Assembly: GCA_963798845.1 (NCBI GenBank)
Contig: CAWCUS010000006.1
Span: 864,001 to 928,000 of the forward strand
Reading direction: 5' to 3'
Origin: an uncultured Gemmatimonadales bacterium
GTDB lineage: Bacteria; Gemmatimonadota; Gemmatimonadetes; Longimicrobiales; RSA9
Length of the DNA stretch: 64,000 nt
Within the stretch, counting starts at the first letter, position 1. Each line of letters opens with the position of its first letter. The notes under the pieces are model-generated. The model was given only the letters and a program-made list of their open reading frames with translations, ran no database searches and was not told where the DNA came from. Below are positions 16,781 to 27,470 of the stretch, one piece after another. A program made the translations under genes and the position numbers.

Positions 16781-18567
16781 CCGCCGTGGGCCCCGAGCAT
16801 GGGCGAGTGAACGGTCTTGAGCGTCTTGCCGCCTCCCAGGTACATGTGAACGCCGCACGGGAGGCAGGGATCGAAGCTGCGCACGGTGCGCATGATGTCG
16901 ATCCCCTTGAAGTTCTCCCGGCCGTTCTCCTCGAAGATGTGCAGGCCCTGCACCGCGTCCTCGTACGGCCCGGGCGTTCCGTAGGAGTCCCGGGGACTCC
17001 CGTTCCAGGGCGTGGGCGGGTAGGGGTGGTAGTTGGCGATCTTCCCGTCGCGAATGACCAGGTGGTGCGAGAGCACGCCCCGAACGGCCTCGTGGAAGCC
17101 GCAGCCGATGGCGTCATCCGGCACGTCGAAGTCCTCGAACACCTTGGTCCGGCCAGCCCGGATCTCGCCCATGGCCTTCTCGTAGAAGAAGAGGGCCATG
17201 GCCGCCGCGTAGCCCACGAAATAGGCGCGGGCACGGTCGCGCTCGAGCGTGTTGGAGCGCTCGGGCACCTTCCACTCGAACTCCATCTCCCCGAACTGGG
17301 GGCTCTTCGGGAGCTGCATCCGTACGCTGTTGCCGGTGGACTGGACGTAAGGAGTGTCCACGCGGTTGGCCAGCGCGGTGGCCCAGAGTCGGGCGAGCGG
17401 CCCGCCGCCCGTGTCCATGGCCAGGTGCTCCCCCTCGTGCAGCCAGCGCGGGCTCATGACCCAGCTGTAGTTGCCGCCGAAGTTCCGTTTCTGCGGCTTG
17501 GGCACGGTGGTCTGGTTCCACGGGTGCCGCTTGTCCACCGGATTGCCCAGCGGGTCACGCTCGACGAACACTTCGCCGGAGTCCTCCCAGTCCTCGTAAT
17601 AGGAGGAGCCGAGCAGGATGCGGATGCCGAGGTTGATGTCCACCAGGCTCGTGGTGACCAGCTTCCCGTCCACGACGACGCCGGGCGTGACGAACATCTC
17701 GCGGCCCCAGTCGGCCATGTTCTCGTACCTGTAGTCCGTGGCGTCGGGGTTCATGAAGGAGCCCCAGCAGCCCAGCTGGATCCGACGCTCCCCGACGTGC
17801 TCGTACCCGGGGAGTGCGTCGTAGAAGAAGTCGAAGACGTCGTCGTTCATCGGGATGGCCTTCTTGACGAAGTCCAGCACCTTGAGCAGACGGCTGAGGT
17901 AATCGGTGAAGACCTGGGGCGTCGCCACCGTGCCCACGCCGCCCGGATAGAGCGTGGAGGGGTGGACGTGGCGTCCCTCCATGAGGCAGAACATCTCGCG
18001 CGTGGTCCGGCTCACCTGGAGCGCTTCCATGTAGACGGCCCCCTCGAAGGGGTTGAAGGCGCGCATGATGTCGCCGATGGTGCGGAAGCCGTGGATGTCG
18101 GAGTGGGGCGCGGAAGTATTGTTCGCCTTGTCGAGGAGCGACGGATTGGTCTCCTTCACCATCTGCTCGCAGAAGTCCACGAAGACCAGGTTGTCCTGGA
18201 AGATGGTGTGGTCGAACATGTACTCCGCCGCCTCACCCAGGTTTATGATCCATTCGGCCAGCGGCGGCGGCTTGATGCCGTAAGCCATGTTCTGGGCGTA
18301 GATCGAGCACGTGGTGTGATTGTCGCCGCAGATGCCGCAGATGCGGCTGGTGATGAAGCCCGCGTCGCGCGGGTCCTTCCCCTTCATGAAGACGCTGTAG
18401 CCCCGGAACAGCGACGATGTGCTGTTGCACTCCACCACTTCGTTGTTGGCGAAGTCGATCTTCGTGTAGATGCCGAGGTTGCCGATGATCCGGGTGATGG
18501 GGTCCCAGGCCATCTCCACCAGGTCGCCGCGCTCCGGCTCGATCACTTCCCGTTCGGTCGTGGCCAT
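16777..18567 (-). CDS. hhyL: Group 1h [NiFe]-hydrogenase large subunit
   Basis: MAWDPITRI, L1 SRICGICGDNH, L2 SFDPCLPCGVH plus C-terminal extension; start at 18567 after GAGAGGA RBS. Confidence 0.93.
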   Translation of the reverse strand: MATTEREVIEPERGDLVEMAWDPITRIIGNLGIYTKIDFANNEVVECNSTSSLFRGYSVFMKGKDPRDAGFITSRICGICGDNHTTCSIYAQNMAYGIKPPPLAEWIINLGEAAEYMFDHTIFQDNLVFVDFCEQMVKETNPSLLDKANNTSAPHSDIHGFRTIGDIMRAFNPFEGAVYMEALQVSRTTREMFCLMEGRHVHPSTLYPGGVGTVATPQVFTDYLSRLLKVLDFVKKAIPMNDDVFDFFYDALPGYEHVGERRIQLGCWGSFMNPDATDYRYENMADWGREMFVTPGVVVDGKLVTTSLVDINLGIRILLGSSYYEDWEDSGEVFVERDPLGNPVDKRHPWNQTTVPKPQKRNFGGNYSWVMSPRWLHEGEHLAMDTGGGPLARLWATALANRVDTPYVQSTGNSVRMQLPKSPQFGEMEFEWKVPERSNTLERDRARAYFVGYAAAMALFFYEKAMGEIRAGRTKVFEDFDVPDDAIGCGFHEAVRGVLSHHLVIRDGKIANYHPYPPTPWNGSPRDSYGTPGPYEDAVQGLHIFEENGRENFKGIDIMRTVRSFDPCLPCGVHMYLGGGKTLKTVHSPMLGAHGG

Positions 18568-18578
18568 CCGTTCCTCTC

Positions 18579-19637
18579 TCAGCTCCGGGGGTAGTAGGGG
18601 TCGTAGCCGGTGGTGAGCGCGTGCCGATTGTGGCGCCATTTCGGCTCCTGGTTCACCGTGCGGTTCGTGATCTCACGCAGGCGGCGGATCATGCTGCCGT
18701 AGATGTTCACGGCCGTGCTGGAAACGGTGCCGCCGGGGGGCATGTCCATGAACGGCATGAACTTGTCCGGGAAGCCGGGCATCGTGCAGCCGATGCAGAT
18801 CCCGCCCACGTTCGGGCAGCCGCCGATGCCGTTCATCCACCCGCGCTTCGGCACGTTGCAGTTCACCACCGGGCCCCAGCAGCCGATCTTCACCTGGCAC
18901 TTGGGCGAGTTGTAGTCGAGGGCGAAATCGCCCTGCTCGTAGTAGCCGGCGCGGTCGCATCCTTCGTGCACCGTCTTGCCGAAGAGCCAGGTGGGACGGA
19001 GCTGCTCGTCCAGAGGGATCACGGGCGCCTGTCCGGCCGCCTGGTAGAGGACCCAGGTGAGCGTCTCCATGAAGTTGTCCGGCTGCACCGGGCATCCCGG
19101 GACGTTGACGACGGGGAGCCCGCCGGCCGATCGGAAGTCCCAGCCCAGGTAGTCCGCCAGCCCCATGCAGCCGGTGGCGTTGCCGGCCATGGCGTGGATG
19201 CCGCCGTACGCGGCGCACGTCCCGATGGCGACAACGGCCCACGCTTTGGGCGCGAGCTCGTCCAGCCATTCGTTCAGCGTCTTGGGGGTCCCGTCCGGGT
19301 GATTGCCCATGGACGTCCAGTAGCCGTCCCCGTTGATGTTCTCGTTCGGAATCGAGCCTTCGACCACCAGGATGAATGGCGCGTCCAGCTCGCCGCGCGC
19401 GGCCTTCCAGAACGGATCGAGGAAGTCGCCGTGGCCTCCGCCCAGCGACATCGCCAGCACCTTGTTGTGGAGATGGACCTTCGGCAGCCCGGGGACCATC
19501 CCGGTCACCACGTCCTCCAGCGCGGGCTGCATGGCCGCCGTCACGGACACGCTGTCGCCATCACAGCTCATCCCCTCCGAGGTCCAGAGGATGTGGATCT
19601 CGTCCAGGTTCGGGGTCGCACTCAGCTCACTGCCCAT
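18579..19637 (-). CDS. hhyS: Group 1h [NiFe]-hydrogenase small subunit (no Tat signal)
   Basis: GMSCDGDS, GTCAAYGG, PGCP, HEGCDRAGYY, GCWGPVVNC, GGCPNVGGICIGC. Confidence 0.92.
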   Translation of the reverse strand: MGSELSATPNLDEIHILWTSEGMSCDGDSVSVTAAMQPALEDVVTGMVPGLPKVHLHNKVLAMSLGGGHGDFLDPFWKAARGELDAPFILVVEGSIPNENINGDGYWTSMGNHPDGTPKTLNEWLDELAPKAWAVVAIGTCAAYGGIHAMAGNATGCMGLADYLGWDFRSAGGLPVVNVPGCPVQPDNFMETLTWVLYQAAGQAPVIPLDEQLRPTWLFGKTVHEGCDRAGYYEQGDFALDYNSPKCQVKIGCWGPVVNCNVPKRGWMNGIGGCPNVGGICIGCTMPGFPDKFMPFMDMPPGGTVSSTAVNIYGSMIRRLREITNRTVNQEPKWRHNRHALTTGYDPYYPRS

Positions 19638-20010
19638 GGACCTCTCCTTTCGCCACTTCCGCCAACGGTTTCGCCATCTCTTCCACTTCCAGCCAGTCGA
19701 TGCTCAGCTCCTCGCCCTGCACCACCGTCAGGCCCAGTCCGCCACACGACGGGCAGCGCATCGGAAACGACGGCTGCACGCTCTCCTCCCCGCACGCCCG
19801 GCACACGCCACGGGCCTCCACGATGTCCATCCCCAGCGCCGCTCCCTCGGCGGCGGTCTCGCGCGTGATCAGCTCCCAGCTGAACTCGAGCGCCGAGGGC
19901 ACCACCTGCCGCAGGTGGCCCACCCTGAGCTGGACGCGCGTGACCCTGCGTCCGTCCGCGTGGCCGAGGACGGAGGCGAGGACGGCGCCGGCGATGGACA
20001 TCTCGTGCAT
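19627..20010 (-). CDS. hypA: Hydrogenase maturation nickel metallochaperone HypA
   Basis: MHEMSIA, CRAC...CPSC, GEEL. Confidence 0.95.
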   Translation of the reverse strand: MHEMSIAGAVLASVLGHADGRRVTRVQLRVGHLRQVVPSALEFSWELITRETAAEGAALGMDIVEARGVCRACGEESVQPSFPMRCPSCGGLGLTVVQGEELSIDWLEVEEMAKPLAEVAKGEVHGQ

Positions 20011-20022
20011 TCACCCCTCCAT

Positions 20023-21188
20023 TCAGCAGATCCGGGGAAGCGGATCGCCGACCAGCAGGTCCATGACGCGTCGCCCGCCAAAGCCGCTCCTCACGATCAC
20101 CATCCCTGCCGGGCCGTCCTCCACGTCGCCGATCAGCGCCGCCTCCTCGCCCCCGGGTGACGCCCGCAGCGCCTCGAGCGCGGCATCCGCCGCATCGGAG
20201 GCCACCACGGCGACCAGCTTTCCCTCGTTCGCCACGTACATCGGGTCGATGCCCAGCAGCTCACAGGCGCCGGCCACGGCGGGGTGGACGGGGACCCGGT
20301 CTTCCAGGATCTGGATGGCCACGCCCGAGGCCGACGCCAGCTCGTTGAGGACCGAGGCCACCCCGCCGCGGGTCGCATCCCGCATGCAACGCAGCGACGG
20401 TCCCGCCGCGGCCAGGAGTGCGTCCACCGACGGCCAGAGGCAGCGGGAGTCGGACTCGATGGGCGCGGCCAGATCGAACTCGCCACGGGCCAGCATGATG
20501 GCCGTGCCGTGGTCGCCCACGCGGCCGGAGACCAGGATCCGGTCCCCTGGTCGCAAGGAGCGCGGGGAGAGGTCGGCGCGGGGGTCCAGCCGACCCAGCC
20601 CGGTCGTGCAGATGTACATGGCGTCCGCCGCGCCCTTCTCGACGACCTTGGTATCCCCGGCGACGATCCGGACGCCGGCGGCATTGGCCGCGCGGGCGAT
20701 CGCCTCGATCTCCTGGCGCAGCGTTTCCGCGTCGAGCCCCTCTTCCAGGACCAGCGAGAGCGTGAGCGCGACCGGCTGCGCCCCCGCCACAGCCAGGTCG
20801 TTGGCGGTGCCGTTCACCGCCAGCTCCCCGATCGAGCCGCCGGGGAAGCGGATCGGCTTGACCACGAAGCTGTCGGTGGTGAGCGCCAGTCCCAGACCGT
20901 CGATGGTGACGCGGCCGGCGTCGTCCAGGAGGCGGAGAGGGTGGCCGTCGTCCGTGGCCGTGGACCGGGCGACCCGCTCTGCACGCTCCCCGGGCGAGCC
21001 GCCCGGCCGGGGCGCCTCGCCGCCCGTGAGAACGGGGACGAAGAGTCCTTCGATGAGGGAGTTGGTCGCCTTGCCTCCCGCGCCGTGCGCCATGGTGATG
21101 CGCTCGTCCCTGAAGCGTGCCGGCATGGCCCGGACGCGCTCGATGCGGGCGAGCGCGTCCGCCTCGCGGGCCTGCAGGGTGGCGTCGC

Positions 21189-21192
<4 letters not shown>
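20023..21192 (-). CDS. hypE: Carbamoyl dehydratase HypE
   Basis: HGAGG, TTDSFVV, NGTANDL, RDATRGG, ANEGK, C-terminal PRIC. Confidence 0.95.
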
Positions 21193-22306
<1,114 letters not shown>

Positions 22307-22310
<4 letters not shown>

Positions 22311-22737
22311 CCGACCTCCCTGCTCGACGCGCCGCCCGCGATGATCCCGCCCGCTCCTCCCGCTCCTCCCGCTCCTCCCGCTCCTCCCGCTCCTCCCGCT
22401 CGTCGCGCTCGCCCCGCTCGTCCGCTCGCTCCCCTCCCAGGCTGACCAGCGCCGTCCCCGCGTGGACGAGCAGCACATCGCCGATCTCGACGCGGTCCAA
22501 CAGACCGGTCATGACATCCGACCGGGAGCCGCTCGCGTCCTCGCACCAAGCCAGGCCATCGGAGGTGAGCGCGACCACCCGCATGGCTATCCCCTCATCC
22601 GCGCACGTGACGCAGTGGCCGTCCTCGCACCTGGGGGCAGGCGCGGGATGCAGAGGCGAGCGCTGTCGGGGGGGGCGGCTGTCCAGGGGGCGGGGCGCCA
22701 GGTGGAGCATGGGGCCGTTTCGCATGCGACCGCTCAC
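22307..22737 (-). CDS. Second HypC/HupF-like chaperone with N-terminal CxxxxCxxC motif; tail runs out of frame into hypD (first in-frame stop 22009)
   Basis: CEDGHCVTCADEG...VEIGDVLLVHAGTAL; GTG overlaps the hypC stop; expected coupled stop at 22307 lies in another frame. Confidence 0.65.
22350..22394. repeat. 9-bp tandem repeat (CCCGCTCCT)x5, followed by degenerate copies
   Basis: Five perfect copies counted at 22350-22394. Confidence 0.9.
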
Positions 22738-23012
22738 TGGATGGCGCTGGTGCGGAGCTCCTCGAGCTCGGTCTCGTATTCCCTGCCCATCGCCTCGAGG
22801 ATCCGGAGCGTGGCGGCGGCTTCCGCTTCGTCCACCTTCGAGATCGCGAAGCCCACGTGGACGAGGACCCAGTCATCTGGCCCGACACCGCCGTCATCCG
22901 AGTCGAGGAGGCCGATGTTCACCGTCCGAACCACACCCGCCACGCTGACTCGGGCAAGCCGCCTCTCCTCGTCGGAGACCTCCACCACCTGCGCCGGGAT
23001 GGCCAGGCACAT
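22734..23012 (-). CDS. hypC: Hydrogenase maturation chaperone HypC
   Basis: MCLAIPA, WVLVHVGFAISKVDE; GGAGG RBS. Confidence 0.95.
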   Translation of the reverse strand: MCLAIPAQVVEVSDEERRLARVSVAGVVRTVNIGLLDSDDGGVGPDDWVLVHVGFAISKVDEAEAAATLRILEAMGREYETELEELRTSAIQ

Positions 23013-23042
23013 GGGCCTTCCTCCGCTGCGAGGGACAGGAAA

Positions 23043-23225
23043 CGGCGGCTCCCTGGGGCAGGGACCGCCGCTACACGTACCGCTCTATGTGTCGAAGAGG
23101 CGGACCCCGGTGCGGGGACCGCCTCTGCACGGACTGCCCATGTGAGGAGGAGACGCTGCGGCCGGACCGCTCTCACATCTCCCGCTTCCTTTCGGGACGG
23201 TCGTGTTCGGGAACGACCGCCTCTC
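23043..23225 (-). promoter_or_regulatory. Structured leader of the hydrogenase operon: four hairpins sharing a GCGGTC (minus strand) 5' arm
   Basis: GACCGC at 23063, 23117, 23165 and 23215, each closing an inverted repeat; TTGACA on the minus strand at 23279-23284. Confidence 0.45.
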
Positions 23226-23430
23226 GGCCTGCCCCATCCCGGGGCGGCCGGGTCGCATCTCTACGAGATCGGAGGGCGTGTCAAGCCGCGCCGATGCTCC
23301 GTGGGCGGCCGGCAAGGGGCCGACTCACCCGACGCTCCCGGACACGCATGGATTGCGCCCGGGCGACTCCTTTGCACGGCTTCGATGCCCGACCTGCGGG
23401 CCGAGGCGCGGCCGGCCTACCCCACCGGGA

Positions 23431-24513
23431 CTAGTGCGCCACGGCCAGCGCTGAGCGCAGCGCACCCACCGCGTGTTCGTCTACCGCGAGCTGCCGAGGG
23501 TGCGGGTCGCACCGGGCCAGATCCAGGCTGAGCGCTCCCCGGCTCGTGCCCACGTGCGCGGTGATGGCTGCGGGCGTGCCGCCCGTCCGGGCTGCGGCCG
23601 TGACCTCCAGCTCGATCCACAGGGCGGAGCCGGGCGGGCGCTCGGCGAGCCAGCGCTCCATGCCGCCGAGATAGGAGCCCCATTCGTCGCCCGGGATGTA
23701 GTCCCGGACCACGGTCTGGGCGACGATCGCGAGAACGTCGTCGCTCCCGCGCGGGAGCCGCTCCGGCACTTCGCCCGCGCGCGCGATTTCGAGGCTCGGC
23801 GCCGCGTCCGCCGCGTGCAGCCGGCGGAACGCCGCGATGGCGTCCCGGAGCCGCGCTTCCCGGTCGCCCTGGCCGGGCCAGACACAGGCGAGGAGCCAGC
23901 GAGCGTCGTCCTCGTCGAGCACGTCGAGCGGGCGCGGATCGAAGCCCGTGCGGGCGAGGACAGGCCCCGACGGCGAAACCGTCAGCGGCGCGCCGTCCTC
24001 CCGCGACCAGGTGGGCGTGAGGTGGTCCGCCACGAGGTTGAGCCCGGCGCTGGTCCCCACGTCGAAGAGCGCGATGGGACGGCCCGGGTGGGCCTCCTCC
24101 GCCACACGGGCCGGCCATCGCCACGCCACGGCGCGAGAAGTTTCGTTCGTCTGGACGTGCCGGTTGCGGACGATGCGCCAGAAGCGCTCGGAATCGGGGC
24201 GGAGAGCCCGCCGCACCGCCGACGAGGTCAGCGTCGACGGCTCGGGGGGAGAGCCAGCGATGCCCTGCCACAGCGGGTGCGTCTCGCCTTCGAGCAGGGC
24301 GTCGTCGCGCAGCGCAGCGAGGAGGAGCAGCGGTCGCTCGTAGAATGCGCTGAATTCGCGGCCGCGCCACGCTTCGTCCAGCCTCGCCTCGAGCCCGTGA
24401 TCGAACTCGAGCTCGATGAGCTCGATCAGCCTTGCGTAGGAGGGGGCGCGTGAACGAACGAATTCACGCTGCGCCGCCAGGTCTTCCCTGAGGGTGCCGG
24501 GGCGGTTGAGCAT
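23431..24513 (-). CDS. DUF2332-family protein
   Basis: VQTNETSRA, DVGTSAGLNL, GFDPRPLD...WLLACVWP. Confidence 0.75.
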   Translation of the reverse strand: MLNRPGTLREDLAAQREFVRSRAPSYARLIELIELEFDHGLEARLDEAWRGREFSAFYERPLLLLAALRDDALLEGETHPLWQGIAGSPPEPSTLTSSAVRRALRPDSERFWRIVRNRHVQTNETSRAVAWRWPARVAEEAHPGRPIALFDVGTSAGLNLVADHLTPTWSREDGAPLTVSPSGPVLARTGFDPRPLDVLDEDDARWLLACVWPGQGDREARLRDAIAAFRRLHAADAAPSLEIARAGEVPERLPRGSDDVLAIVAQTVVRDYIPGDEWGSYLGGMERWLAERPPGSALWIELEVTAAARTGGTPAAITAHVGTSRGALSLDLARCDPHPRQLAVDEHAVGALRSALAVAH

Positions 24514-24573
24514 GGGGCCACGGTTGCGGAGTCAGCCCATGATCGAAGAAATGGCGCTGGAAAGTCAAGGACG

Positions 24574-24735
24574 CTGCGCCGCGAGCCGCGCCCCCCCGCG
24601 CCGCGAAGCGGCGCCCCTCCGCGCCGCGAAGCGGCGCCCCCCTGCGCCGCGAGCGGCGCCCCTCTGCGCCGCGAAGCGGCGCCCCTCTGCGCCGCGGAGC
24701 GGCGCCCCTCTGCGAGGCCGGAGGCCGAGCCCCTC
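24574..24735. repeat. REP-like tandem hairpin array: 6 x ~22-23 bp GCGCCGC-GAA-GCGGCGC-CCCTCT plus one GCGAGGCCGGAGGCCGAGCCCCTC unit
   Basis: Units start near 24576, 24598, 24621, 24644, 24666, 24689 and 24712; no unique spacers. Confidence 0.85.
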
Positions 24736-25750
24736 AGTACGAATGCGTCCCGATCTTCACCTTCCCGCGGAACACCCAGTAGATCACCGCCGTGTAGGTC
24801 AGCACGAACGGCATGCCGATGAAGGCAATGACCCGCATGATCCGGAGCGTCTTGATCGAGCTCGCGGCGTTGTAGATCGTGAGGCTGTACGCCGGGTCGA
24901 TGCTGCTCACCAGGATGTGCGGGAAGATCGCCATGCCGAACAGGAAGGACAGCGCTGCAATGGCGGCCACGGACGAGATGAACGCCGCGACCGGGCGACC
25001 GCTATAGATGGCGCGCGGCACGTTGGCTACGGCCAGGACGTTGAGCACCACCACCACCCACGCGAGCGGGATGTCCCGGAAGTTGGTGGTTGCGTGGGGA
25101 ACGGTCGCCAGCGTGAAGATGGTCGTGAGCAGGTAGGCCACGAGGAAGAACCCGAACGTGCGCCACATCCAGCCGTGGATCCGCTGCTGCAGCTCGCCCT
25201 CGGTCTTGAGGTAGAGGTAAATCGAGCCATGCATGGCGAAGGTGGCCACCACCAGGATCCCGACGAGGATGGGGTAGGGCGTGAGCAGGCGGAGGATCCC
25301 CCCGACGAACTGGTGGTTCGCGCCCAGCGGCACGCCCTGGATGGCGTTCCCAACGGCCACGCCAAACAGGAGACTGGCGAGGAGGCTAGCGCCGAAGAAG
25401 GCCCAGTCCCAGGCAGCCCGCCAGCGCACGTGCTCCCGTTTGCTGCGGAACTCCAGCGAGACCGCCCGGAAGATCAGGGCGAAGAGGAGCAGCATGAAGG
25501 GCAGGTAGAAGCCGCTGAATGCGGCGGCGTACGCCACGGGGAAAGCGGCGAAGAGAGCGCCGCCGAACGTCACCAGCCAGACTTCGTTGCCGTCCCAGAG
25601 CGGGCCGATGGAGTTCATGACCACCCGCCGCTCCTCGTCCGTCTTCGCCAGCGGGTGGAGGATCCCGACACCGAGATCGAAGCCGTCCAGGATGGCGTAG
25701 CCGGTCAGCAGGACGCCCATGGTGAAGAACCAGAACGTGTAGATGTCCAT
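24734..25750 (-). CDS. cydB: Cytochrome bd ubiquinol oxidase subunit II
   Basis: YAILDGFDLGVG, IGPLWDGNEVWL, ALIFRAVSLEFR; GAGGA RBS before 25750. Confidence 0.95.
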   Translation of the reverse strand: MDIYTFWFFTMGVLLTGYAILDGFDLGVGILHPLAKTDEERRVVMNSIGPLWDGNEVWLVTFGGALFAAFPVAYAAAFSGFYLPFMLLLFALIFRAVSLEFRSKREHVRWRAAWDWAFFGASLLASLLFGVAVGNAIQGVPLGANHQFVGGILRLLTPYPILVGILVVATFAMHGSIYLYLKTEGELQQRIHGWMWRTFGFFLVAYLLTTIFTLATVPHATTNFRDIPLAWVVVVLNVLAVANVPRAIYSGRPVAAFISSVAAIAALSFLFGMAIFPHILVSSIDPAYSLTIYNAASSIKTLRIMRVIAFIGMPFVLTYTAVIYWVFRGKVKIGTHSY

Positions 25751-25752
25751 GG

Positions 25753-27237
25753 TCAGTCCTCCTCGGGAGTCCGGTCGGACGCGGCCGTCCCGGGGCCGGT
25801 GCGGTGGTCCGGGTCCTCCGGGCCGTGCGCCTCGGTCATGGAGAAGCGGTCCTCCTGCACGCGCCGCGACGCTGCCTCCACCAGGTCGCTGGGGCGAGTC
25901 TCCGCCCGCATGGCCACGGGCTCCGGGCCGTGCTGGATCTTGTCGTTGAGCACGAGCACCCACACCAGGAACAGGAGCAGGTAGATGAGGCCGAAGCCCG
26001 CCAGGGAGGTCAGAACTTCACCCGTGGCCAGATTGGTGGAGAACGAGTCCCCCGTCCGCAGCAGGCCGTAGACGGCCCACGGCTGCCGGCCCACCTCCGC
26101 GGTGACCCAACCGAGCTGGTTCGCCGCGTACGGGCCGAGCACGGCGAAGACGAAGATCCAGAGCAGCCACCGTTTCTCCACGAGCGTGTCCCGCCAGTGG
26201 AACCAGAGGCCCGCCGCGGTGATCAGGATGAAGAAGAGCCCGAGCCCGACCATGATATGGAAGCTGTAAAATGTGATCGCCACGGGGGGCCAGTCCGATT
26301 CCGGGAACCGATCGAGCCCCGGCACCGTCTCGTGGAGGTTGCGGTGCACCAGGAAGCTGAGGCCGCCCGGGATCACCCAGGCCGCCCTGACCTCTCGCGC
26401 GGGCTCGTCGACGATGCCGAAGATGTGCAGGGGGGCGCCTGCTTCCGGCGTCCTGTACAGCCCTTCCATGGCGGCCAGCTTCGTCGGCTGGTATTCGGCG
26501 ACGATGCGGCCATGGAAGTCGCCCGTGATCGGCGCCAGGATGGTTGCGATCAGGCCCAGGAGCAGTCCGCCACCGAACGTACGCTTGGCGAACTCCTCGT
26601 GGCGCCCGTGGAGCACGTACCAGGCACCGATGCTCATGACGAAGAACGCGCCCAGGATGAACGCGCCGATGAGGACGTGGCCGAGGCGCACCATGCTGGA
26701 TGGATTGAACACCAGCGCCCAGAAGTCCGTGATCTCCGCCCGAACCGCGCCGCCGCTCTCGACCAGGTGGTAGCCGGCGGGCGTCTGCTGGAACGAGTTT
26801 GCCACCACGATCCAGACGGCGGAGAACATGCTGCCCAGCGCCACCATGAGCGTGGCGAAGAAGTGCATCCTGGCGGACACGCGGTCCCAGCCGAACACCA
26901 GCACCGCCAGGAACCCGGACTCCAGGAAGAACGCGAAGATCCCTTCGGCGGCCAGGGCGGAGCCGAACACGTCTCCCACGAACCGTGAATAGGCAGCCCA
27001 GTTGGTTCCGAACTGGAACTCCATGACGATCCCCGTGGCCACGCCCATGGCGAAGTTCACGGCGAAGATCTTGGTCCAGAACCGCGCGGCGGACTCGTAT
27101 TCCGGGTCCCGCGTCCGGAGGTACTGCGCTTCCAGGTAGACCATCACTGCGCCGAGCCCGATGGTCAGAGGCGGGAAGATGTAGTGGAACATCACTGTCG
27201 CGGCGAACTGGATTCGCGATAGCAGCAGTACGTCCAT
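25753..27237 (-). CDS. cydA: Cytochrome bd ubiquinol oxidase subunit I
   Basis: SRIQFA...[40 protein letters not shown]. Confidence 0.95.
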   Translation of the reverse strand: MDVLLLSRIQFAATVMFHYIFPPLTIGLGAVMVYLEAQYLRTRDPEYESAARFWTKIFAVNFAMGVATGIVMEFQFGTNWAAYSRFVGDVFGSALAAEGIFAFFLESGFLAVLVFGWDRVSARMHFFATLMVALGSMFSAVWIVVANSFQQTPAGYHLVESGGAVRAEITDFWALVFNPSSMVRLGHVLIGAFILGAFFVMSIGAWYVLHGRHEEFAKRTFGGGLLLGLIATILAPITGDFHGRIVAEYQPTKLAAMEGLYRTPEAGAPLHIFGIVDEPAREVRAAWVIPGGLSFLVHRNLHETVPGLDRFPESDWPPVAITFYSFHIMVGLGLFFILITAAGLWFHWRDTLVEKRWLLWIFVFAVLGPYAANQLGWVTAEVGRQPWAVYGLLRTGDSFSTNLATGEVLTSLAGFGLIYLLLFLVWVLVLNDKIQHGPEPVAMRAETRPSDLVEAASRRVQEDRFSMTEAHGPEDPDHRTGPGTAASDRTPEED

Positions 27238-27287
27238 ACGCGCAAGCTCCCGTTAGGCTCGCCGGATTGACGGGAAGGGCTGCGCGC

Positions 27288-27316
27288 ATTGTACCGGGAG
27301 CCGGGGCGGCCAACAA
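27288..27316 (-). promoter_or_regulatory. Putative sigma70-type promoter of cydAB (TTGTTG-N17-TACAAT)
   Basis: Minus-strand hexamers at 27316-27311 and 27293-27288 with a 17-nt spacer, ~50 nt before cydA. Confidence 0.5.
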
Positions 27317-27470
27317 GGACATTCACGCCGGCGCGAGCCGCCTGCGGCGCGCGTCATCCGGCGACGACCCGGCTCGACCTCCCCGCCGGTGGCCGATTCT
27401 CCCCGGACCGGGGGTCGCGGGCAAGCACTTCTTCCGTGAGCCTCGACCTTCTCCATGCGGCAGCGGAGGC

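Noticed and set aside
22311..22478. HypD N-terminal extension with SGR repeats
   Set aside because: MKYVEEFR at 22310 has a GGAGG RBS and is the conserved HypD start; the extension is the 9-bp repeat read in frame
23043..23225. Possible degenerate mini-CRISPR or known riboswitch
   Set aside because: The shared element is only ~6-10 nt and I recognise no riboswitch consensus; kept only as an unknown structured leader
24574..24735. Possible CRISPR array
   Set aside because: 22-23-bp tandem units without spacers; better explained as REP-like hairpins
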